A DNA stretch of 64,000 bases from Camelus dromedarius (lineage: Eukaryota). Below, in pieces: positions 12,701 to 27,022 of this stretch (its first letter is position 1; every line of letters starts with the position of its first letter). The translations under genes were made by a program, and so were the position numbers. The stretch spans positions 3,472,001 to 3,536,000 of the forward strand of contig NC_087436.1 in assembly GCF_036321535.1 (NCBI RefSeq), written 5' to 3'. The notes under the pieces were generated by a model. That model was not told the DNA's origin, did no database searches, and worked only from the letters and a program-made list of their open reading frames with translations.

Positions 12701-14000
12701 GGAGTTTGCAACTGAAAAGAAACTTTGTGTTCCCAACAAGCTAGGTGAAGTGCGGCTTTCACACACAGTTGTCTCTCAGAAATGAGCATGTGGAGAGACG
12801 TTCATTCATTTGCACAAAGGGAATGGGTTGTAGGAGAAACTTTCTCACTGGATTCTCAGTCTGTTTCCTAGGGCCGGTTTGATGTTCCTGCATTTTTCAC
12901 TGTAAAATCGAGTTGGAGCTAGTATCTCCCCATATATATATATGGAGTGGAATTTGCAACTGTAAAGAAACTTTGTGTTCCCAACAAGCTAGGTGAAGGA
13001 CGGCTTTCACACACATTTATCTCTCAGAACTGAGCATGTGGAGAGACGTTCGTTCATCTAGCAAAAAGGGAACGAGTTGCAGGAGAAACTTTTACTCTGG
13101 TTTCTCAGTCTGTTTCCTAGTGCCGGTTTAAATTTCCTGCAGTTTTCACTGTAAAATCGAGTTGGAGCTAGATCCTCCCCATATATATATATGGAGTGGG
13201 GTTTGCAACTGTAAAGAAACTTTGTGTTCCCAACAAGCTAGGTGAAGGACGGCTTTTACACACACTTAACTCTCAGATCTGAGCATGTGCAGAGACGTTC
13301 TTACATCTAGCAGAAAGGGAACGGTTTGCAGGAGAAACTTTTACTTTTTTTTCTCAGTCTGTTTCCTAGTGCCGGTTTGAAGTTCCTGCAGTTTTCACTG
13401 TAAAACAGTGTTGGAGCTAGGACCTCCCCATATATATGTATGGAGTTGAGTTTGCAACTGAAAAGAAACTTTGTGTTCCCAAAAAGCTAGGTGAAGGACG
13501 GCTTTCAAACACACTTATCTCTCAGAACTGAGCATGTGGAGAGACGTTCGTTCATCTAGCAATAAGGAAACGGTTTGCAGGGGAAACTTTTCTATGGTTT
13601 CTCAGTCTGTTTCCTAGTGCCGGTTAGAAATTCCTGCAGTTTTCAATGTAAACCCGAGTTGGAGCTTGTACCTCCCCATATATATGTATGGATTGGAGTT
13701 TGCAACTGAAAAGAAACTTGTGTTCCCAACAAGCAAGGTGAAGGACGGCTTTCACACACACTTATCTTTCAGAACTGAGCATGTGGAGAGACGTTCGTTC
13801 ATCTAGCAAAAAGGAACGGGTTTCAGGAGAAATTTTTACTGTGGTTTCTCAGTCTGTTTCCTAGTGCCGGTTTAAAGTTCCTGAAAAATTTCACTGTAAA
13901 ACCGTGTTGGAGAGAGTACCTCCCCATATATATGTATGGAGTTGAGTTTTCAACTGAAAAGAAACTTTGTGTTCACAACAAGCTAGGTGAAGGACGGCTT
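3020..14000. repeat. Duplicated block ~3.0-7.8 kb / ~9.2-14.0 kb, offset 6208 bp (25 monomers), locally ~5960 bp (24 monomers)
   Basis: ORF pairs 3309/9517 and 4865/11073 are +6208 and 6105/12065 is +5960. GCAATAAGGA at 7351/13559 and TGAAAAATTTC at 7674/13882 are +6208. Confidence 0.88.
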
Positions 14001-17000
14001 TCACACACATTTATCTCTCAGAAAAGAGCACGTGGAGAGACGTTCGTTCATCTAGCACAAACGGAACGGGTTGCAGGAGAAACTTTTACTCTGGTTTCTC
14101 AGTCTGTTTCCTAGTGCCGATTTGAAGTTCCTGCACTTTTCACTGTAAAACCGATTTGGAGCTTGTACCTCCCGTATATATGTATGGAGTGGGGTTTGCA
14201 ACTGAAAAGAATCTTTCTGTTAACAACAAGCCAGGGGAAAGACGGCTTTCACACACACTTAACTTTCAGAAATGAGCATGTGGAGATACGTTCGTTCATC
14301 TAGCACAATCGGAACGGGTTGCAGGAGAAACTTTTACTCTAGTTTCTCAGTCTATTTCCTAGGGCCGGTTTGATGTTCCTGCAGTTTTCACTGGAAAATC
14401 GAGTTGGAGCTAGTACCTCCCCATATATATGTATGGATTGGTGTTTGCAACTGAAAAGAAAATTTCTGTTCCCAACAAGCTAGGTGATGTACGGATTTCA
14501 CACAATTATGTCTCAGAACTGAGCATGTGGAGAGACTTTCGTTCATCTAGCAAAATGGGAACGGGTTGCAGGGGAAACTTTTACTCTGGTTTCTCAGTCT
14601 GTTTCCTAGTGCCGGTTTGAAGTTCCTGCAGTTTTCACTGTAAAATCGAGTTGGAGCTTGTACCTCCCCATATAAATGTATGGAGTGGTGTTTGCAAATG
14701 AAAAGAAACTTTGTGTTCCCAACAAGCTAGATGAAGGACAGCTTTCACACAACTTATGTCTCCAAACTGAGCATGTGGAGAGACGTTCGTTCATCTAGCA
14801 AAAAGGGAACGGTTTGCAGGAGAAACTTTTACTCTGGTTTCTCAGTCTGTTTCCTAGTGCCGGTTTGAAGTTCCTGCAGTTTTCACTGTAATACCGAGTT
14901 GGAGCTAGTACCTCCCCATATATATTTATGGCGTGGAGTTTGCAACTGAAAAGAAAGTTTGTGTTCCCAACAAGCAAGGTGAAGACGGCTTTCACACACA
15001 CTTATCTCTCAGAACTGAGCATGTGGAGAGACGTTCGTTCATCTAGCAAAAAGGGAACGGGTTGCAGGAGAAACTTTTACTCTGTTTTCTCAGTCTGTTT
15101 CCTAGTGCCGGTTTGAAGTTCCTGCAGTTTTCACTGTAAAACAGATTTGGAGCTTGTACCTCCCCATATATATGTATGGAGTGTAGTTTGCAACTGAAAA
15201 GAAACTTTGTGTTCCCAACAAGCTAGGTGAAGGACGGCTTTCACACACACTTATCTCTCAGAACTGAGCATGTGGAGGGACGTTCGTTCATCTAGCCAAA
15301 AGGGAACGGGTTGCTGGAGAAACTTTTACTCTGGTTTCTCAGTCTGTTTCCTAGTGCCGGTTTGAAGTTCCTGCAGATTTCACAGTAATACCGAGTTGGA
15401 GCTTGTACCTCCCCATATATATTTATGGATTGGAGTTTGCAAGTGAAAAAAACTTTGTGTTCCCAACAAGCTAGGTGAAGGACGGCTTCCACACAAACTT
15501 ATCTCTCAGAACTGAGCATGTGGAGAGACGTACGTTCATCTAGCAAAAAGGGAACGGGTTTCAGGAGAAACTTTTACTCTGGATTCTCAGTCTGTTTCCT
15601 AGTGCCGGTTTAAATTTCCTGCAGTTTTCACTGTAAAATCGAGTTGGAGCTAGTACCTCCCCATATATATGTATGGAGTGGAGTTTGCAAATGAAAAGAA
15701 ACTTTGTGTTCCCAACAAGCTAGGTGAAGGACGGCTTTCACACACACTTATCTCTCAGAACTGAGCATGTGGAGAGACGTTCGTTCATCTAGCCATAAGG
15801 GAACGTTTTGCTGGAGAAACTTTTCTATGGTTTCTCAGTCTGTTTCCTAGTTCCGGTTAGAAATTCCTGCAGTTTTCAATGTAAAATCGAGTTGGAGCTA
15901 GTACTTCTCCATATATATGTATGGAGTGGAGTTTGCAACTGAAAAGAAACTTTGTGTTCCCAATAAGCTAGGTGAAGTGCGGCTTTCACACACATTTGTC
16001 TCTCAGAAATGAGCATGTGGAGAGACGTTCATTCATCTTGCACAAAGGGAATGGGTTGCAGGAGAAACTTTCTCACTGGATTCTCAGTCTGTTTCCTAGG
16101 GCCGGTTTGATGTTCCTGCATTTTTCACTGTAAAATCGAGTTGGAGCTAGTATCTCCCCATATATATATATGGAGTGGAATTTGCAACTGAAAAGAAACT
16201 TTGTGTTCCCAACAAGCTAGGTGAAGGACGGCTTTCACACACATTTATCTCTCAGAACTGAGCATGTGGAGAGACGTTCGTTCATCTAGCAAAAAGGGAA
16301 CGAGTTGCAGGAGAAACTTTTACTCTGGTTTCTCAGTCTTTTTCCTAGTGCTGGTTTAAATTTCCTGCAGTTTTCACTGTAAAATCGAGTTGGAGCTAGA
16401 ACCTCCCCATATATATGTATGGAGTGGGGTTTGCAAATGAAAAGAAACTTTGTGTTCCCAACAAGCTAGGTGAAGGACGGCTTTTACACACACTTAACTC
16501 TCAGAACACAGCATTTGCTGAGACGTTCTTACATCTAGCAGAAAGGGAACGGTTTGCAGGAGAAACTTTTACTTTGTTTTCTCAGTCTGTTTCCTAGTGC
16601 CGGTTTGAAGTTCCTGCAGTTTTCACTGTAAAACAGTGTTGGAGCTAGTACCTCCCCATATATATGTATGGAGTTGAGTTTGCAACTGAAAAGAATCTTC
16701 GTGTTCCCAAAAAGCTAGGTGAAGGACGGCTTTCAAACACACTTATCTCTCAGAACTGAGCATGTGGAGAGACGTTCGTTCATCTAGCAATAAGGAAACG
16801 GTTTGCAGGGGAAACTTTTCTATGGTTTCTCAGTCTGTTTCCTAGTGCCGGTTAGAAATTCCTGCAGTTTTCAATGTAAACCCGAGTTGGAGCTTGTACC
16901 TCCCCATATATATGTATGGATTGGAGTTTGCAACTGAAAAGAAACTTGTGTTCCCAACAAGCAAGGTGAAGGACGGCTTTCACACACACTTATCTTTCAG

Positions 17001-20000
17001 AACTGAGCATGTGGAGAGACGTTCGTTCATCTAGCAAAAAGGAACGGGTTTCAGGAGAAATTTTTACTCTGGTTTCTCAGTCTGTTTCCTAGTGCCGGTT
17101 TAAAGTTCCTGCAGATTTCACTGTAAAACCGTGTTGGAGAGAGTACCTCCCCATATATATGTATGGAGTTGAGTTTTCAACTGAAAAGAAACTTTGTGTT
17201 CACAACAAGCTAGGTGAAGGACGGCTTTCACACACACTTATCTCTCAGATCTGAGCATGTGGAGAGACGTTCGTTCATCTAGCACAAAGGGAACGGGTTG
17301 AAGGAGAAAATTTAACTCTGGATTCTCAGTCTGTTTCCTAGTGCCGATTTGAAGTTCCTGCAGTTTTCACTGTAAAACCGAGTTGGAGCTAGTACTTCTC
17401 CATATTTATGTATGGAGTGGAGTTTGCAACTGAAAAGAAACTTTGTGTTCCCAACAATCTAGGTGAAGTTCGGCTTTCACACACACTTGTCTCTCAGAAA
17501 TGAGCATGTGGAGAGACGTTCATTCATCTTGCACAAAGGGAATGGGTTGCAGGAGAAAATTTCACTCTGGATTCTCAGTCTGTTTCCTAGGGCCGGTTTG
17601 ATGTTCCTGCATTTTTCACTGTAAAATCGAGTTGGAGCTAGTATCTCCCCATATATATATATGGAGTGGAATTTGCAACTGAAAAGAAACTTTGTGTTCC
17701 CAACAAGCTAGGGGAAGGACGGCTTTCACACACATTTATATCTCAGAACTGAGCATGTGGAGAGACGTTCGTTCATCTAGCAAAAAGGGAACGAGTTGCA
17801 GGAGAAACTTTTACTCTGGTTTCTCAGTCTGTTTCCTAGTGCCGATTTCAAGTTCCTGCAGTTTTCACAGTAAAACCGAGTTGAAGCTTGTACCTCCCCA
17901 TATATATGTATGGAGTGGAGTTTGGAACTTAAAGAAACTTTGTGTTCCCAACAAGCTAGGTGAAAAACGGCTTTCACACACATTTATCTCTCAGAACTGA
18001 GCATGTGGAGAGAAGTTCGTTCATCTAGCACAATGGGAACGGGTTGCAGGAGAAACTTTTACTGTGGTTTCTCAGTCTGTTTCCTAGTGCCGATTTGAAG
18101 TTCCTGCACTTTTCACTGTAAAACCGATTTGGAGCTTGTACCTCCCGTATATATGTATGGAGTGGGGTTTGCAACTGAAAAGAATCTTTCTGTTAACAAC
18201 AAGCCAGGGGAAAGACGGCTTTCACACACACTTAACTTTCAGAAATGAGCATGTGGAGATACGTTCGTTCATCTAGCACAATCGTAACGGGTTGCAGGAG
18301 AAAGTTTTACTCTAGTTTCTCAGTCTGTTTCCTAGGGCCGGTTTGATGTTCCTGCAGTTTTCACTGTAAAATCGAGTTGGAGCTAGTACCTCCCCATATA
18401 TATGTATGGATTGGTGTTTGCAACTGAAAAGAAAATTTCTGTTCCCAACAAGCTAGGTGATGTACGGCTTTCACACAATTATGTCTCAGAACTGAGCATG
18501 TGGAGAGACTTTCGTTCATGTAGCAAAATGGGAACGGGTTGCAGGGGAAACTTTTACTCTGGTTTCTCAGTCTGTTTCCTAGTGCCGGTTTGAAGTTCCT
18601 GCAGTTTTCACTGTAAAATCGAGTTGGAGCTTGTACCTCCCCATATAAATGTATGGAGTGGTGTTTGCAAATGAAAAGAAACTTTGTGTTCCCAACAAGC
18701 TAGGTGAAGGACGGCTTTCACACACACTTATCTCTCAGAACTGAGCATGTGGAGAGACGTTCGTTCATCTAGCCATAAGGGAACGTTTTGCAGGAGAAAC
18801 TTTTCTATGGTTTCTCAGTCTGTTTCCTAGTGCCGGTTAGAAATTCCTGCAGTTTTCAATGTAAAACCGAGTTGGAGCTAGTACTTCTCCATATATATGT
18901 ATGGAGTGGAGTTTGCAACTGAAAAGAAACTTTGTGTTCCCAACAAGCTAGGTGAAGTGCGGCTTTCACACACACTTGTCTCTCAGAAATGAGCATGTGG
19001 AGAGACGTTCATTCATCTTGCACAAAGGGGATGGGTTGCAGGAGAAACTTTCACTCTGGATTCTCAGTCTGTTTCCTAGGGCCGGTTTGATGTTCCTGCA
19101 TTTTTCACTGTAAAATCGAGTTGGAGCTAGTATCCCCCCATATATATATATGGAGTGGAATTTGCAACTGAAAAGAAACTTTGTGTTCCCAACAAGCTAG
19201 GTGAAGGACGGCTTTCACACACATTTATCTCTCAGAACTGAGCATGTGGAGAACGTTCGTTCATCTAGCGAAAAGGGAATGAGTTGCAGGAGAAACTTTT
19301 ACTCTGGTTTCTCAGTCTGTTTCCTAGTGCCGATTTCAAGTTCCTGCAGTTTTCACAGTAAAACCGAGTTGAAGCTTGTACCTCCCCATATATATGTATG
19401 GAGTGGAGTTTGCAACTTAAAGAAACTTTGTGTTTCCAACAAGCTAGGTGAAAAAAGGCTTTCACACACATTTATCTCTCAGAACTGAGCATGTGGAGAG
19501 ACGTTCGTTCATCTAGCACAAACGGAACGGGTTGCAGGAGAAACTTTTACTCTGGATTCTCAGTCTGTTTCCTGGGCCGGTTTGAAGTTCCTGCAGTTTT
19601 CACTGTAAAATCGAGTTGGAGCTAGAAACTCCCCATATATATGTATGGAGTGGAGTTTGAAACTGAAAACAAACTTTGTGTTCCCAACAAGCTAGGTGAA
19701 GGACGGCTTTCACACACATTTATCTCTCAGAACTGAGCATGTGGAGAGACGTTCGTTCATCTAGCAAAAAGGTAATGGGTTGCAGGAGAAACTTTTACTC
19801 TGGTTTCTCTGTCTGTTTCCTAGTGCCGTTTTGAATTTCCTGCAGTGTTCACTGTGAAACCGAGTTGGAGTTAGTACCTCCCCATATATATGTATGGAGT
19901 GGAGTTTGCAACTGAAAAGAAACTATGTGTTCCCAACAATCTAGGTGAAGGTCGGCTTTCACTCACACTTATCTCTCAGAACTGAGCATGTGGAGAGACG

Positions 20001-23000
20001 TTCGTTCATCTAGCAAAAATGGAACGGGTTGCAGGAGAAACTTTTACTCTGGTTTCTCAGTCTGTTTCCTAGGGCCAGTTTGAAGTTCTTGCACTTTTCA
20101 CTGTAAAACCGATTTGGAGCTTGTACCTCCCGTATATATGTATGGAGTGGGTTTGCAACTGAAAAGAATCTTTCTGTTAACAACAAGCCAGGGGAAAGGC
20201 GGCTTTCACACACACTTATCTTTCAGAAATGAGCATGTGGAGATACGTTCGTTCATCTAGCACAATCGGAACGGGTTGCAGGAGAAACTTTTACTCTAGT
20301 TTCTCAGTCTGTTTCCTAGGGCCGGTTTGATGTTCCTGCAGTTTTCACTGTAAAATCGAGTTGGAGCTGGTACCTCCCCATATATATGATTGGATTGGTG
20401 TTTGCAACTGAAAAGTAAATTTCTGTTCCCAACAAGCTAGGTGATGTACGGCTTTCACACAATTATGTCTCAGAACTGAGCATGTGGAGAGACTTTCGTT
20501 CATCTAGCAAAATGGGAACGGGTTGCAGGGGAAACTTTTACTCTGGTTTCTCAGTCTGTTTCCTAGTGCCGGTTTGAAGTTCCTGCAGTTTTCACTGTAA
20601 AATCGAGTTGGAGCTTGTACTTCCCCATATAAATGTATGGAGTGGTGTTTGCAAATGAAAAGAAACTTTGTGTTCCCAACAAGCTAGATGAAGGACAGCT
20701 TTCACACACACTTATGTCTCCGAACTGAGCATGTGGAGAGACGTTCGTTCATCTAGCAAAAAGGGAACGGTTTGCAGGAGAAACTTTTACTCTGGTTTCT
20801 CAGTCTGTTTCCTAGTGCCGGTTTGAAGTTCCTGCAGTTTTCACTGTAAAACAGACTTGGAGCTTGTACCTCCCCATATATATGTTTGGAGTGGAGTTTG
20901 CAACTGAAAAGAAACTTTGTGTTCCCAACAAGCTAGGTGAAGGACGGCTTTCACACACACTTATCTCTCAGAACTGAGCATGTGGAGGGACGTTCGTTCA
21001 TCTAGCCAAAAGGGAACGGGTTGCTGGAGAAACTTTTACTCTGGTTTCTCAGTCTGTTTCCTAGTGCCGGTTTGAAGTTCCTGCAGATTTCACAGTAATA
21101 CCGAGTTGGAGCTTGTACCTCCCCATATATATTTATGGATTGGAGTTTGCAAGTGAAAAAAACTTTGTGTTCCCAACAAGCTAGGTGAAGGACGGCTTTC
21201 ACACAAACTTATCTCTCAGAACTGAGCATGTGGAGAGACGTTCGTTCATCTAGCAAAAAGGGAACGGGTTTCAGGAGAAACTTTTACTCTGGATTCTCAG
21301 TCTGTTTCCTAGTGCCGGTTTAAATTTCCTGCAGTTTTCACTGTAAAATCGAGTTGGAGCTAGTACCTCCCCATATATATGTATGGAGTGGAGTTTGCAA
21401 ATGAAAAGAAACTTTGTGTTCCCAACAAGCTAGGTGAAGGACGGCTTTCACACACACTTATCTCTCAGAACTGAGCATGTGGAGAGACGTTCGTTCATCT
21501 AGCCATAAGGGAACGTTTTGCAGGAGAAACTTTTCTATGGTTTCTCAGTCTGTTTCCTAGTGCCGGTTAGAAATTCCTGCAGTTTTCAATGTAAAACCGA
21601 GTTGGAGTTAGTACTTCTCCATATATATGTATGGAGTGGAGTTTGCAACTGAAAAGAAACTTTGTGTTCCCAACAAGCTAGGTGAAGTGCGGCTTTCACA
21701 CACAGTTGTCTCTCAGAAATGAGCATGTGGAGAGACGTTCATTCATTTGCACAAAGGGAATGGGTTGTAGGAGAAAATTTCTCACTGGATTCTCAGTCTG
21801 TTTCCTAGGGCCGGTTTGATGTTCCTGCATTTTTCACTGTAAAATCGAGTTGGAGCTAGTATCTCCCCATATATATATATGGAGTGGAATTTGCAACTGT
21901 AAAGAAACTTTGTGTTCCCAACAAGCTAGGTGAAGGACGGCTTTCACACACATTTATCTCTCAGAACTGAGCATGTGGAGAGACGTTCGTTCATCTAGCA
22001 AAAAGGGAACGAGTTGCAGGAGAAACTTTTACTCTGGTTTCTCAGTCTGTTTCCTAGTGCCGGTTTAAATTTCCTGCAGTTTTCACTGTAAAATCGAGTT
22101 GGAGCTAGATCCTCCCCATATATATATATGGAGTGGGGTTTGCAACTGTAAAGAAACTTTGTGTTCCCAACAAGCTAGGTGAAGGACGGCTTTTACACAC
22201 ACTTAACTCTCAGATCTGAGCATGTGCAGAGACGTTCTTACATCTAGCAGAAAGGGAACGGTTTGCAGGAGAAACTTTTACTTTTTTTTCTCAGTCTGTT
22301 TCCTAGTGCCGGTTTGAAGTTCCTGCAGTTTTCACTGTAAAACAGTGTTGGAGCTAGGACCTCCCCATATATATGTATGGAGTTGAGTTTGCAACTGAAA
22401 AGAAACTTTGTGTTCCCAAAAAGCTAGGTGAAGGACGGCTTTCAAACACACTTATCTCTCAGAACTGAGCATGTGGAGAGACGTTCGTTCATCTAGCAAT
22501 AAGGAAACGGTTTGCAGGGGAAACTTTTCTATGGTTTCTCAGTCTGTTTCCTAGTGCCGGTTAGAAATTCCTGCAGTTTTCAATGTAAACCCGAGTTGGA
22601 GCTTGTACCTCCCCATATATATGTATGGATTGGAGTTTGCAACTGAAAAGAAACTTGTGTTCCCAACAAGCAAGGTGAAGGACGGCTTTCACACACACTT
22701 ATCTTTCAGAACTGAGCATGTGGAGAGACGTTCGTTCATCTAGCAAAAAGGAACGGGTTTCAGGAGAAATTTTTACTGTGGTTTCTCAGTCTGTTTCCTA
22801 GTGCCGGTTTAAAGTTCCTGAAAAATTTCACTGTAAAACCGTGTTGGAGAGAGTACCTCCCCATATATATGTATGGAGTTGAGTTTTCAACTGAAAAGAA
22901 ACTTTGTGTTCACAACAAGCTAGGTGAAGGACGGCTTTCACACACATTTATCTCTCAGAAAAGAGCACGTGGAGAGACGTTCGTTCATCTAGCACAAACG

Positions 23001-26000
23001 GAACGGGTTGCAGGAGAAACTTTTACTCTGGTTTCTCAGTCTGTTTCCTAGTGCCGATTTGAAGTTCCTGCACTTTTCACTGTAAAACCGATTTGGAGCT
23101 TGTACCTCCCGTATATATGTATGGAGTGGGGTTTGCAACTGAAAAGAATCTTTCTGTTAACAACAAGCCAGGGGAAAGACGGCTTTCACACACACTTAAC
23201 TTTCAGAAATGAGCATGTGGAGATACGTTCGTTCATCTAGCACAATCGGAACGGGTTGCAGGAGAAACTTTTACTCTAGTTTCTCAGTCTATTTCCTAGG
23301 GCCGGTTTGATGTTCCTGCAGTTTTCACTGGAAAATCGAGTTGGAGCTAGTACCTCCCCATATATATGTATGGATTGGTGTTTGCAACTGAAAAGAAAAT
23401 TTCTGTTCCCAACAAGCTAGGTGATGTACGGATTTCACACAATTATGTCTCAGAACTGAGCATGTGGAGAGACTTTCGTTCATCTAGCAAAATGGGAACG
23501 GGTTGCAGGGGAAACTTTTACTCTGGTTTCTCAGTCTGTTTCCTAGTGCCGGTTTGAAGTTCCTGCAGTTTTCACTGTAAAATCGAGTTGGAGCTTGTAC
23601 CTCCCCATATAAATGTATGGAGTGGTGTTTGCAAATGAAAAGAAACTTTGTGTTCCCAACAAGCTAGATGAAGGACAGCTTTCACACAACTTATGTCTCC
23701 AAACTGAGCATGTGGAGAGACGTTCGTTCATCTAGCAAAAAGGGAACGGTTTGCAGGAGAAACTTTTACTCTGGTTTCTCAGTCTGTTTCCTAGTGCCGG
23801 TTTGAAGTTCCTGCAGTTTTCACTGTAATACCGAGTTGGAGCTAGTACCTCCCCATATATATTTATGGCGTGGAGTTTGCAACTGAAAAGAAAGTTTGTG
23901 TTCCCAACAAGCAAGGTGAAGACGGCTTTCACACACACTTATCTCTCAGAACTGAGCATGTGGAGAGACGTTCGTTCATCTAGCAAAAAGGGAACGGGTT
24001 GCAGGAGAAACTTTTACTCTGTTTTCTCAGTCTGTTTCCTAGTGCCGGTTTGAAGTTCCTGCAGTTTTCACTGTAAAACAGAGTTGGAGCTTGTACCTCC
24101 CCATATATATGTATGGAGTGTAGTTTGCAACTGAAAAGAAACTTTGTGTTCCCAACAAGCTAGGTGAAGGACGGCTTTCACACACACTTATCTCTCAGAA
24201 CTGAGCATGTGGAGGGACGTTCGTTCATCTAGCCAAAAGGGAACGGGTTGCTGGAGAAACTTTTACTCTGGTTTCTCAGTCTGTTTCCTAGTGCCGGTTT
24301 GAAGTTCCTGCAGATTTCACAGTAATACCGAGTTGGAGCTTGTACCTCCCCATATATATTTATGGATTGGAGTTTGCAAGTGAAAAAAACTTTGTGTTCC
24401 CAACAAGCTAGGTGAAGGACGGCTTCCACACAAACTTATCTCTCAGAACTGAGCATGTGGAGAGACGTACGTTCATCTAGCAAAAAGGGAACGGGTTTCA
24501 GGAGAAACTTTTACTCTGGATTCTCAGTCTGTTTCCTAGTGCCGGTTTAAATTTCCTGCAGTTTTCACTGTAAAATCGAGTTGGAGCTAGTACCTCCCCA
24601 TATATATGTATGGAGTGGAGTTTGCAAATGAAAAGAAACTTTGTGTTCCCAACAAGCTAGGTGAAGGACGGCTTTCACACACACTTATCTCTCAGAACTG
24701 AGCATGTGGAGAGACGTTCGTTCATCTAGCCATAAGGGAACGTTTTGCAGGAGAAACTTTTCTATGGTTTCTCAGTCTGTTTCCTAGTTCCGGTTAGAAA
24801 TTCCTGCAGTTTTCAATGTAAAATCGAGTTGGAGCTAGTACTTCTCCATATATATGTATGGAGTGGAGTTTGCAACTGAAAAGAAACTTTGTGTTCCCAA
24901 CAAGCTAGGTGAAGTGCGGCTTTCACACACATTTGTCTCTCAGAAATGAGCATGTGGAGAGACGTTCATTCATCTTGCACAAAGGGAATGGGTTGCAGGA
25001 GAAACTTTCTCACTGGATTCTCAGTCTGTTTCCTAGGGCCGGTTTGATGTTCCTGCATTTTTCACTGTAAAATCGAGTTGGAGCTAGTATCTCCCCATAT
25101 ATATATATGGAGTGGAATTTGCAACTGAAAAGAAACTTTGTGTTCCCAACAAGCTAGGTGAAGGACGGCTTTCACACACATTTATCTCTCAGAACTGAGC
25201 ATGTGGAGAGACGTTCGTTCATCTAGCAAAAAGGGAACGAGTTGCAGGAGAAACTTTTACTCTGGTTTCTCAGTCTTTTTCCTAGTGCTGGTTTAAATTT
25301 CCTGCTGTTTTCACTGTAAAATCGAGTTGGAGCTAGAACCTCCCCATATATATGTATGGAGTGGGGTTTGCAAATGAAAAGAAACTTTGTGTTCCCAACA
25401 AGCTAGGTGAAGGACGGCTTTTACACACACTTAACTCTCAGAACACAGCATGTGCTGAGACGTTCTTACATCTAGCAGAAAGGGAACGGTTTGCAGGAGA
25501 AACTTTTACTTTGTTTTCTCAGTCTGTTTCCTAGTGCCGGTTTGAAGTTCCTGCAGTTTTCACTGTAAAACAGTGTTGGAGCTAGTACCTCCCCATATAT
25601 ATGTATGGAGTTGAGTTTGCAACTGAAAAGAATCTTTGTGTTCCCAAAAAGCTAGGTGAAGGACGGCTTTCAAACACACTTATCTCTCAGAACTGAGCAT
25701 GTGGAGAGACGTTCGTTCATCTAGCAATAAGGAAACGGTTTGCAGGGGAAACTTTTCTATGGTTTCTCAGTCTGTTTCCTAGTGCCGGTTAGAAATTCCT
25801 GCAGTTTTCAATGTAAACCCGAGTTGGAGCTTGTACCTCCCCATATATATGTATGGATTGGAGTTTGCAACTGAAAAGAAACTTGTGTTCCCAACAAGCA
25901 AGGTGAAGGACGGCTTTCACACACACTTATCTTTCAGAACTGAGCATGTGGAGAGACGTTCGTTCATCTAGCAAAAAGGAACGGGTTTCAGGAGAAATTT

Positions 26001-27022
26001 TTACTCTGGTTTCTCAGTCTGTTTCCTAGTGCCGGTTTAAAGTTCCTGCAGATTTCACTGTAAAACCGTGTTGGAGAGAGTACCTCCCCATATATATGTA
26101 TGGAGTTGAGTTTTCAACTGAAAAGAAACTTTGTGTTCACAACAAGCTAGGTGAAGGACGGCTTTCACACACACTTATCTCTCAGATCTGAGCATGTGGA
26201 GAGACGTTCGTTCATCTAGCACAAAGGGAACGGGTTGAAGGAGAAAATTTAATTCTGGATTCTCAGTCTGTTTCCTAGTGCCGATTTGAAGTTCCTGCAG
26301 TTTTCACTGTAAAACCGAGTTGGAGCTAGTACTTCTCCATATTTATGTATGGAGTGGAGTTTGCAACTGAAAAGAAACTTTGTGTTCCCAACAATCTAGG
26401 TGAAGTTCGGCTTTCACACACACTTGTCTCTCAGAAATGAGCATGTGGAGAGACGTTCATTCATCTTGCACAAAGGGAATGGGTTGCAGGAGAAAATTTC
26501 ACTCTGGATTCTCAGTCTGTTTCCTAGGGCCGGTTTGATGTTCCTGCATTTTTCACTGTAAAATCGAGTTGGAGCTAGTATCTCCCCATATATATATATG
26601 GAGTGGAATTTGCAACTGAAAAGAAACTTTGTGTTCCCAACAAGCTAGGGGAAGGACGGCTTTCACACACATTTATATCTCAGAACTGAGCATGTGGAGA
26701 GACGTTCGTTCATCTAGCAAAAAGGGAACGAGTTGCAGGAGAAACTTTTACTCTGGTTTCTCAGTCTGTTTCCTAGTGCCGATTTCAAGTTCCTGCAGTT
26801 TTCACAGTAAAACCGAGTTGAAGCTTGTACCTCCCCATATATATGTATGGAGTGGAGTTTGGAACTTAAAGAAACTTTGTGTTCCCAACAAGCTAGGTGA
26901 AAAACGGCTTTCACACACATTTATCTCTCAGAACTGAGCATGTGGAGAGAAGTTCGTTCATCTAGCACAATGGGAACGGGTTGCAGGAGAAACTTTTACT
27001 GTGGTTTCTCAGTCTGTTTCCT
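8401..27022. repeat. Large tandem duplication: ~8401-18085 (39 monomers, 9684 bp) followed by ~18086-27022 (36 monomers, 8937 bp)
   Basis: Offset 9684 for ORFs 8718/18402 and 9517/19201 and for rare variants ATCGTAACGG and TTCATGTAGC. Offset 8937 for TTTCCTGGGCC (10631/19568) and ORFs 12065/21002, 13932/22869, 14795/23732, 16415/25352, 17692/26629. Confidence 0.9.
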
